A stretch of DNA of 64,000 nt, taken from Asterias rubens. Its lineage: Eukaryota. Position numbers and translations under genes: made by a program. The notes under the pieces are model-generated. The model was not told the origin of the DNA. It did not search any database and worked only from the letters and a program-made list of their open reading frames with translations. Every line of letters starts with the position of its first letter. Within the stretch, counting starts at the first letter, position 1. This document shows, in pieces, positions 50,501-60,519 of this stretch. The stretch is taken from assembly GCF_902459465.1 (NCBI RefSeq), contig NC_047065.1, forward strand, positions 1,612,001 through 1,676,000, read 5' to 3'.

Positions 50501-51129
50501 TCATGTTTCACTGTTCTGTTTGTACAATTTTAACATCTGAATTGCTATGCAAATGCTGCAGGGTACGGCTAATACGAGATGACGAAATGCATTTATTTGC
50601 TGTTAATACTTTGTGAATACTTTAGTAAATGATGAATCATTCATACAGCAAAGACAGAGCTTTTTGTAATTTAAACGACTAAATAATTTAATACATGATA
50701 GTTTTGTTTACAATGTTAACTTATTTTTAAAGTTGTTTATAATATTATAATTGTCAACTTTCTTTCTCTATCAATGATCATGGGACCTAGATCCAGAAAC
50801 TGGGGCGCTGTACTCCATCTTTCGAAATTTTGACTTTATCGGAGTACGCCCGATAGTGTCAAAATTTCAAAAAAAGGAGTACAGCCCCCCAGTTACTGGA
50901 CTTGGTCTAGCTTTATTATGTATACGTCAAGAAAAATATAAAGTAGATTTCTGCACTGCACCGAGGAAAAAGAAAAAGACGTTAAAATCAATCACCATCA
51001 TCAGTACTATGGTACTGAAGGATTGGAAATACAACAAATATTTAATTTTCATAAAAAATGGTGGACCACAAAACTTTCACACACACCACACCAAATTGTG
51101 TCAAGCGACATTCAAATGTTTTGACTGGG

Positions 51130-51325
51130 GTGAATTTCACAAAGAGTTAGGACTAGTCCTAACTTAGAACTAGTCCTAAGAGATATCAAAAATGTACAGC
51201 TATACCTAAGTTAGGACTAGTAACTCAAGATAAGACTAGTCCTAACTCTTTGTGAAATCCACCAAAGATCTCCTAGGACGAGTCCTAAGTTAGGACTAGT
51301 CCTAACTCTTTATGAAATCGACCCA
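51130..51325. repeat. TTAGGACTAGTCCTAAC-rich palindromic dispersed repeat (copies at about 2990-3103, 5145-5200, 56770-56925)
   Basis: Repeated palindromic TTAGGACTAGTCCTAA units inside termini GGGTGAATTTCACAAAGAG / CTCTTTATGAAATCGACCC. Confidence 0.7.
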
Positions 51326-51619
51326 AGGACTATAAAGCTTAGTTCATACTTCATGCAAAGTGAATTTTGATGTCACAGCTCTGTTTTTCGCGGAGTTGAG
51401 CACAGTTCAACTGATTGCAAATGATTCGATGTCAATTTGTGTCATCAAAATCCGTATTGTATTAACAAAAAGTATGAACCGGGCTTTAAGGTTGTTGTAA
51501 TAACCTTTCTGTATAATTCTGTATCCATCAATTCCTTTTAAGATATTTTTCTGACATCCCCAGTGCTAAGTGGCTTCTTATCCATATTGCTACCCGACGT
51601 CTTGAGAGAAGACTACATA

Positions 51620-53975
51620 ATGCCTGTATCACCAGAGGAGCTTGTCAGACTCCTGGCACTTTTGGCCCAGGAGGAGAACCTAAAAGTGACTGTAAAGGAG
51701 ACTATGAAAGGCGGAGCCATGGCTGGTGCTGGAGCTGTGATTGGTGGATTCTGTGGGGGCCCAGTTGGAATTGCAGTTGGTGAGTAAAAACTACTTGTAA
51801 AGCCTAGTTCATACTTTCTGCAAATGCAATTTTGCAATACGATTTTTGACGACACAAATTCGCAACGAATAATTTGCATCAGTTGACTTAAAGCTTGCTC
51901 AACATTACATTGTTTGTGTCTTAAGTGTTGCTGTTGTTTTGTTTTCTCATATGATTTTGTATTTGTGTTGCTTTGCCATGCTTGCCCATGCTTGTTTTTG
52001 TTGTATTATTTTATGAGAATTTGACACTTTTGTTGTAATTTTGTTAAGCATGATTGTTGTTGCACACAATGAGGCAGTATCAGGAAGATCGCTCCTACAT
52101 GTAAATATACCTATGTTGTCTAATTATGTATCATGTAGACCTGGAACTCACTGGAACTCACTGCTTCTGGCATTGTGTGGCCTAATCAGCCCAGTCTTAA
52201 AAATCAAACTTAATGAATTGCTTATTAACATGCCCCTGCTCCAAATTGTTAAACTCTAGCTTAAGCTCGCTTAAATACCACTGTAGCTTCTTGTTCAGTT
52301 TAGTAGGGGAAATAAATAATATTGAAATCAGAACAGGAAATTGCCTCTGTGGCTGCCATCTTCAAATGACTTTTCTTTTGGCTGTCTCTATCGTTGAAAC
52401 TCCTTAGTGTTAAAGATCAGTTCTTGAATGCATTGCTGGCATGTAGTTGCCATGGCAATGGTATTGGTATATGGTTTCCATGGCAACAGCTGCAACAACC
52501 CGTTCTGCATTTTATCCTGGATGGTGCTGGAGTCATCAGGCTAAGAGAACCATTTACACTTCAAATCAACTCTTGGGAATGCACTTTTGTTTCACTGTGT
52601 CTTGCTATTGATCTTCATGTCGTGGTGTCTGTGACAATGGAGTCTGTAAACTTGTATTAACCTTTTTGAGATATGGTGGACATTATAGGAGTGCACTGTT
52701 TGGTTTACCAAAACCTAATATTTATCAAAGTATTGTGTCCACAATACTTTTGGGGGGTTGCATAAGCAATCTCTTGTACATGTTCATGCAATTATGGTCT
52801 TCAATGGTCTATTGACCAAAAACAAGGAGAAACACCCAAGGGCCAGTCAAATTCTCTTCAAGTGGTCAAGTTGGCGTTTAAAAAGTAGCTCCAGGCATGA
52901 TATTATTCCTACTCTAGTCTGAACCAAACTGTGATTAATAAGCCTGAAATGTGTCACACACGTAGGTCGCCCTTTCACTAGACGAGTTGCTCCTACTTTT
53001 TTCGAAAGACCAAGTGCCATGCCTGTAATAAACCTAATGGGCCTGGACTAATGTGGACACCTGTGGTTACTGGTCTAACTCCAACAGGCCAGTCTACTAA
53101 AAAAGGGCAACCTTTCACTTCATATATATGAATTGATGACCTTCATTTACTGTATTTCAAATGGCTTATTATTTTGTTGTCTGTGTGCACCGCATATCAC
53201 TGTAGGCTTCATTGGTTCTTTTGAGAGACAATGACTGCATGGTTAGTGTATTCCTATTTTGTTTAATTTTTTTAACTTTTTTTATTTATTTTTTTATTTT
53301 TTATTTAAGCTGTCCATTGGCCATACTGTAGCAATTTGATTTAAATTTTGTAACTTTTTGCATTGTTAGTTTGGATTGTTACCTACTGTAACTTGTTATA
53401 TCAGAATAAAATGTTTGATACATAATTGGGAAACTACCAGTGAACGGAAACCTGACTATCTTTAGACGACCTCTAACAGGCATGCAACTCTCCCGCGTTT
53501 CATGTAAAATAAGCCTAGTACATGCAAAAAATGCACCTAAGAGCATAATAAACCTTAACATTTTCTAGGGTACCATTGTGGGTATCATGTCCCGTGGTGT
53601 TTCGGCTGCCTCGCTCCGCACCTGCGTTGTGCCTTTGAAAATTTTCCTCTTTTTTTTCAACGGGCAGTTGCATGCCTGCTCTAAAGATTTTAACGTAAAG
53701 TTTGATCTTTCTCAGGTGGTACTCTGGGCAGTATAGCTGGTGCCATCATGACTAGTGGGAAATTTAAATCCGTGCCAGAAATACTTTGTGAAATGGATCC
53801 CGTGACTAGAAATCAACTCTTCGAGCACTTCCAAAATGTCATCACAGGGTTTGGAACCCATGATGTTGTGACGCTTACTCGCTTGGTGATGGGGGACCCG
53901 ATTGCTCGGATACAGGCTTTGAATGGATTGAAAAACTTCTTTTTGACCACTTTGAAGATGGATGTGACGAGTTGA
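51620..53975 (+). CDS. C19orf12: C19orf12 homolog (MPAN/Nazo family glycine-zipper membrane protein), isoform using proximal terminal exon 2a, 139 aa
   Basis: Exon 51620-51779 (MPVSPEELVRLLALLAQEENLKVTVKETMKGGAMAGAGAVIGGFCGGPVGIAV) joins in phase 1 to 53716-53975 (GGTLGSIAGAIMTSGKFKSVPEILCEM...LKMDVTS). It aligns colinearly with human C19orf12 ([39 protein letters not shown]). A probable non-coding exon ends at the donor near 50395. Confidence 0.93.
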
Positions 53976-55093
53976 GACACTAGGACTTGCCGTTTTTGCC
54001 TTAATAGTCCTCTGGCCAAACTCCGATTGGAAAACATTGGGACAAGAACAAATTCCTCTAGATGTTTCCCGACCGACTCAGGGAATGATTTCATCAAGCA
54101 ATTTTGCATAGCAGGAAATTTAGACTGAACTTATTGCTGATATTGAGTAGCAAATTCTGATTTTTGAGTAGCAACCGGTACATTTTGTGTAGCATTTTGC
54201 TATATACAAGGGAAATTGTTCATCGAGGCTCTCTAGTAGCTCTCAAAGTGTGTGTTCATAGCTTTCCGAAGTCATGTAGACCAATACCTGCATAACTTGT
54301 TCATTGCTTTGTATTAAATTTTAGAATGAATGACAATGTTGAATTGAAAAGCCAGTGAAAGAGCCTGCGGACTGGTGAATGAAGGAGCTGGTAGAGATCC
54401 AGCTGGCAAGTCAATGAAACGCTGAGAACAAACTCAGGAATCTCTACCTCTTTTGTTTGTACAGGGATTCATAGTTTGACGCAGACACTCAACTTAAAAA
54501 TGCACTCACCTTTAGAGGGTTTGGGTATTTTTCTTACAATACAAATTACAAACATTTTACATTTAACTTGCCTGGTTTAAAGATAATGATGGAAGAAGGC
54601 TTCCCCGAAAATATTTCTTGTTGAGGTGGTGTAGTTTTTGAGAAGTGAGTTAACAAAATTAACAAAAATAATTGTACTGTTTATGCCAAGTGTGTGATGA
54701 CTAACATTATTGGTGCTTTAGCAATGAGATGGATCTCTTCTTCCACCGCAGTTATCTGTAAAAAATAATCATGCTTTGTGTTGCAAACATTGTGGAATGC
54801 TACTGTCAGTACCCAGTTTACGCAAACAGAATTTGGCTGTGACAAGACTTATTATTTAAACTTAATACAGTACTATTAATTAAGAAAAATGTTATGCACA
54901 AATACTGTTATGTATTAATTAAGGAAACAGTGTATTCACTGTGGGGTAATGAGCCAGACTGGGTTGGTGGCAAGTGGTTGTTAGCGGACAGAGCCAAAGG
55001 CGAGGTCCATTTATTTATTTAAAAATAATAATACACAGTTTTTACATAGCGATTTATCTCAAAGGATTGGGAATCTCAAAGTGCTCTAAAGAT

Positions 55094-55345
55094 GAGTGAG
55101 TTCGTTCAGCTTCCCTGGGTCTACCCCGCGGTGCTCACTCGGGTAAGCCCCTGACAAGAGCTAAACGAACGATCACTCACCGCTCTTGTGGTGATGTCAT
55201 GCACCTGGGGCCAGCCCCAAGTGACCAACTCCACAAGCAGGGCACTTGGGGCTGACCTGGGTGACCCCCTGGAATGACGTCAAAGCTATTCGAACGTACC
55301 GGGTGCAGACCGTGGTCGACCCAGGGAAGCTAAACGAACGCACCC
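55094..55345. mobile_element. GC-rich MITE between the two C19orf12 terminal exons
   Basis: About 32-bp TIR GAGTGAGTTCGTTCAGCTTCCCTGGGTCTACC / GGTCGACCCAGGGAAGCTAAACGAACGCACCC. Confidence 0.7.
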
Positions 55346-56392
55346 TTAGTCTCAGGAGTACTCCAGTCGCATACAAACAAGATGAAATATTAAAGAGACA
55401 CCTGGTGAAATTTACTCTGTTTGGTAAACCTAAATTCACTGTCCTTAGCTACCTTCGGTGCTTTTTAACAGCACTGTGAAATTGGCCCAGTTCACAGAAA
55501 CAATCTATATGACCATAGCCAGAGCCAATAACACTTGATAAGGACAAAGCCTTATATATGTATTGTGATTAAATTGTATTAGGATTTCTTCTGTGCCCAA
55601 TTTCATAAAGCCTGTAAGCACAAACAAATGTTCTAAGCACAGACAAATCTTGCTTAGCAGAAATTGGGTAATAGCCAAAGCCAAAATTTCATGGAGTTCA
55701 CATTGTTGGAAGTGGTGCCCCACTCAATGTTTGCTTTGCAAAGATTTTTGCAAAAACCAATTCTTTGTGCAAAAAAACCCAAACAGCTCTATGAAATTGG
55801 GCCCAGTTGACCAAGTGGAGGATTTAGAATGATTTAGGTTGACGTTGACAGGTCGGATATTTACTGTGCTTATCACAGGGTCAGGCACTTCAATCTTTAG
55901 AGTCTAAACAACTTGGTCTGGAGTAGCATAGGAGAATAGGATGATGGAATGTGCACATCAGTGAGATGTCCTTGTCTTTTTGGCCTTGTCTATGATGTCT
56001 TTGTTATGTCCAATTGTTCCACTGTGTCATGTTTGTCAGACAAGTGTCATCTTTAAACCATCTTACCAGCTTAACAAACATGTTTTAAAAACTCACATTG
56101 CCACTTCAACTCATTGGTTTTAATACTAATGTGTTTGTTACTGTGTTATCAGGCAGAATTTGTAATTTTGGAACTTGACAAATTGCCAAAACATAATAAG
56201 TACTAATTAAAGCTCTTGAAAGTTATTTGCATTCCTTTATTTTTCACTTAATTCTAGCAAGTAGTTATTGTATATATTGATATATAAAACTGTGCAAGTC
56301 GTTTCAAATAATAAAAATAATAATTGTTTGGAAGAGAATTTCACTGTCATTTTGGATTTTTTTGTTTGTTTTCGAATCTTACCTTGTCACAG

Positions 56393-56679
56393 GAGGTACG
56401 TTAGGTGGGATGATGGCGCGATGGAAGTACAAAGGAAACAATCGACCCCTCACAGACGTCCTCCCCGAAATGACGAAAGAACAACGAGATCAACTGCATG
56501 AACAGTGTCAACCGGTACTCCGCGATTACATCGACGATGACTTCATCTCGATGAGTCGGTTGATGAATAACGACGGGGAATTCCGAGAGAGATTGGTGCA
56601 GAGTCTTAAGACATTCGTCACCGAGACGATGAAACTTCAATTATGTGTGGAACTGCTCACAAGAGGCAAAGCAGAATGA
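56393..56679 (+). CDS. C19orf12: Second, diverged C19orf12 terminal exon (2b); gives a 148-aa isoform if spliced to exon 51620-51779
   Basis: Acceptor ccttgtcacAG at 56391-56392, phase 1 as for exon 2a, open to TGA at 56679. The translation GGTLGGMMARWKYKGNNRPLTDVLPEMTKEQRDQLHEQCQPVL...LKTFVTETMKLQL aligns without gaps to exon 2a (about 25 of 86 positions identical, counted by hand). I found no dedicated first exon between 53975 and 56390. Confidence 0.8.
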
Positions 56680-58026
56680 CACTTATTTTTCATTTTTCGT
56701 CCTCCTTTTATTTTAACAAGAGGTTGTTTTTTGTTTTGAAAGTGCTTTGGAAGGATGGCTCTAGTTCCGGGGTCAATTTCACAAAGAGTCAGGACAAGTC
56801 CTATCTCTAGGACTGGTCTTAGGAGATATTAAAAATTTACGGCTAGTCCTACATAAGTTCTAGGAGGACTAACTAGGAGGTCCAAACTCGATATAAGACT
56901 GGTCTTAACTCTCTTTGAAACCCGCCCCCGCCCTTGATTTCATAAAACTGTTAAATATTATTCAAATAATGACTGTTGGGGGGGGGTGCAATGGTGAGAA
57001 TATTTTCATGTGTTAAAAGATGGAGTTGTACATCTGTCAACAAATGAAAACATTCTCTCCATTGCAGGAATGCAAAACATTCATTATTTGGTTTAGGATA
57101 ATGCCCGAGGTAAGCGCCATTTTTTCTCCCACAAATGGCACGTACACCGAGGGCATGATGCGACTTAACTTCCAGCTATGATGACATGCTATACTGTTAC
57201 AGCGCTCCATTATTTTGCACGAATGGTATGATATTGTTAAAAGGTGGCCATCGCGCCATTCGTGCAAAATAATGGAGCGATAGAACAACATAGCATGACA
57301 TCATAGGTAGAGGTTAACTTTATATAACATCCAGGTAGGTCTTTGGAGAAACAGTCGACAAAAGTGTACAAGATTGTATATTTGCATCCACTACGAGGAC
57401 CTTTTATACTACTAGATATAATGCATGTATGCGCATGGTGTTGCCTAGCTCGCAATACAAAGAAGAAAAAAAAAGGAGAGGCTGAAAATGCACTTTGAAT
57501 AGTACTTAACTAGAAGTAACAAAAATAATGCCAGTATTCTACAAAGCAAGAAGCTTTGTTAGAGAGTTTATGAGCTTTAGCAGTTTTATGAAACAGGGCC
57601 TATATTGTAATTTTTAAAAGCAACAAACACACTGCCTTTTTATGACTTTGTGTGTGCCATGTCTCCACTGATCAGCGTTGATTGACTTTGTAGTTGAATG
57701 AAAAGAGCCCAAGTAAATCAAGGCTTCGATCACAAAAAAGTTCTATTTAAATTTAACATTAACTTCAACATGTAAAGATTATAGATCATTAACAAACTAA
57801 TTAATATATCAACTCATTTGCATAATTTTGTCTTCTTATAAAACACACAAAATCGTAATTTTGGAGAACTGACTGATTTCTGGGACATTTTGGGGGAATA
57901 TGGTTTTGTAAATTCATTTGATCACAAGATATATTTTCACGCCATTTCTGTTGAACCTTTCCATGATTATTTAATTGTTGAAGACCGTGAGTGGCTTTGA
58001 GGTACAGTTTACTGCAGCATAACAAC

Positions 58027-58283
58027 CAAAGATTTTAGAGCGCCGCAAGGCACAAGATGCGGAACTCGGGCTGAAATGTGAAATCCCACTGGACGCCATT
58101 TCGGCAAGTAACTCTTTTGATACAACAGTAGATCAGTGCAGATCAGTGCAGACAATGACCATTCCTATCAATGGGAAACAAAACATCCACTTGCTGAAAT
58201 GGCGCCCATGCGTATTTCACGTTCCAACAATAGATAAAGCTTCAGTTCCGCATCTTGCGCCTTGCATCACTCTATAATCTTTG
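58027..58283. mobile_element. hAT-like MITE with intact 8-bp target-site duplication
   Basis: ATAACAAC duplicated at 58019-58026 and 58284-58291. Imperfect TIR of about 40 bp: CAAAGATTTTAGAGCGCCGCAAGGCACAAGATGCGGAACT versus AGTTCCGCATCTTGCGCCTTGCATCACTCTATAATCTTTG. Confidence 0.8.
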
Positions 58284-60430
58284 ATAACAACTAACTGCCA
58301 TACTACAAGTCACTCCTCTAGTATTTAAGCGCTTTGTGTGCTGCTATTTTTATTTTACTTAAGGAAGTGTTTTTACAAAACAAAATGTTGTCATAATCTT
58401 ACAATTTGATAATGTTACGGTTTATGTGTCTCAAATTTGTCAAATTTAATTTTTGTTGTGCTGGAAGTTTTTCTTTTTGGTATAAAGAGCAGGGTAAATT
58501 ACAATTGAGACCAGCAGAAGTTTGCAGATTTTCAAACTTTAATACTAAAAGTGAAAATTGTGATTTTTTAAATTTTGCAACCTGTTTTGTTATTTTGTTT
58601 GTAAGTTTTTGATTGCATCCAAGAAATTTGAATCTCAAGATTCCACTGAACAATCTTCTCTAATTGCCTGTTAAGAGAAAATTCTAAATTTTCTTTTAAA
58701 AAACAACATCAACTTTTAACTTAAACCATGTACCCTCCCTTTTTTGGACCGCCTCATTAGTTTTCACTCTAGAACCTATCCAATTGCATGCAAACTAGAT
58801 TTAAAACAAATGTTTTGGGTTCAAAATATGGGGGATAAGTAAATTTATTCCATCCAAGTGCCTTAAGTAGTGCTAAATGTGTTGTTTTTGACAAAGTGTT
58901 TCCATTTGGGGATTATTGATACCCTCAAAGGAATAAAAGGTTCCAATTAAGTAGAAGAATATACTTTAATTGGGGTAGTTTAATGGGACAAAACCAAAAA
59001 ATAAGAACGACTTGGTGCCACAAGTACAAATGTATCTTGCCGAATACTTAATGTAGTGAAGACTCATACTTTTTTTATTTTTTTCAGTATGATTTTCTTT
59101 GTTTGTTTGTTTGTTTGTTTGTTTTATTTTCGGGGAAAGGAACGACCATCAGTAATATTTGTGAGGCAATATTTGCAGATTGCAGATCAGAAATTTGTTG
59201 AATCTTCTCTTTTCTTTTGTTTTTCTTCCAGGTTGTGGGTTTGGTAGATTTTGGTGATTTATTTTCCATTTCAGCTATTCTTAGTTATTTTTGAGATTTA
59301 CATTGTAAGGAAACATGTTCAGACACACGTGAAACTTTTCACCGATTTCCTGAACTTTTTGTCAATAGATGTAATTCCTGCCAAACTAAAATAAAATTTA
59401 ATAGGCAGGTTGGAAACTGGTTTTATTTTTCTACAAAACTCCTTTTGGCTGTTGCACCATTCCAATGATAGGTTTATAATAGGATTACTTAAAACATAGA
59501 ACATAGGGGTGTCGGAACATAGGGGAGTCGGACTGTGGAGTAGTCACCCTTAATTTTATAAACATTGATATACTTGTGTTTACCCTTCTTTTACCAAAAG
59601 AAAAGGTCTCAATTCGTAAAATGTAAAAAAGATGGTCACAAATCAAACTCTATAAATTGACAAAGTAAAAACCAACTTGTAATTATCTATTTTTGAAACT
59701 TTAACAGAACTATAAATTTAGTGTTTAGATTACTAATGTAGTTGTAGATTATTAAGTAGGCCAATTTCATTTCAGTTAAGTTTTCTTATACTTGTATGAA
59801 ATTATTTGGAAAATTGCTTAAGTCGTACAGATAGTGTAGTTTTGTGTTTTTGTTTCCAACTTTTGTTTGTTTTATAAATGTATTCATATAATATTCAAAT
59901 AAAGAGCAATTTTGTAATCAAAGTTGTGTTCTTGTTTGTTCGTTTTATGTAAGTTGTCACTTCTTGTCTTGGGAATGGAAAAGACACTCATGGGTGAGTG
60001 GGGGTGGGGTGGGGGGGGGGGGCGGGGGGGGGGGGGGGGGGAGGTTGGAGAGTGGGAAGACCAGGTTAAAGATGAGCAGCAAACCTCAACTTATCTGCTT
60101 TCATTATCCAGTTTTTTAAATACCACCCACAACAAAGCAATTTTCTTTGTTTAGAGTTTGTTATAGGTCAGAAATTGCAAAATAAGTTAATGAATAAACA
60201 GATATGGGCTGAAAAGGGAATATGAAAATATATTTTGTTGAGCACCTTTAAATCACATAAATAAAAAAATCGGACTATTAGCTATTACAGAGCTCCTCTG
60301 AAATCACTGACATGTATTCAGTTTGAATTTAACTTACTTTTATAAACCCTGTATCATGGGAAAAGGGAAAAAAATCCCTAAATTTTCCTTTCTAAGCGAT
60401 TATAGACTTTTCCTTTAATATCTCCTAGTC

Positions 60431-60519
60431 ATCACGTGACTGACCCCGTTTCGCCGCAGGTGGCGCAATGTTTTGATCATGTGACTCGTCCATTCACCAA
60501 AATGGAAGATGGCGGCGCC
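60431..60519 (+). promoter_or_regulatory. NAGPA proximal promoter: CLEAR-like E-box, M-box and YY1-type start motif
   Basis: ATCACGTGAC at 60431-60440 (9/10 to CLEAR GTCACGTGAC), TCATGTGA at about 60477-60484, and AAGATGGCGGC overlapping the ATG at 60509. Confidence 0.55.

Noticed and set aside
54000-56390. A separate first exon for a second C19orf12 gene
   Set aside because: I found no glycine-zipper coding segment with a phase-1 donor here. The region holds 3' UTR-like sequence and MITEs, so the alternative-exon model is preferred.
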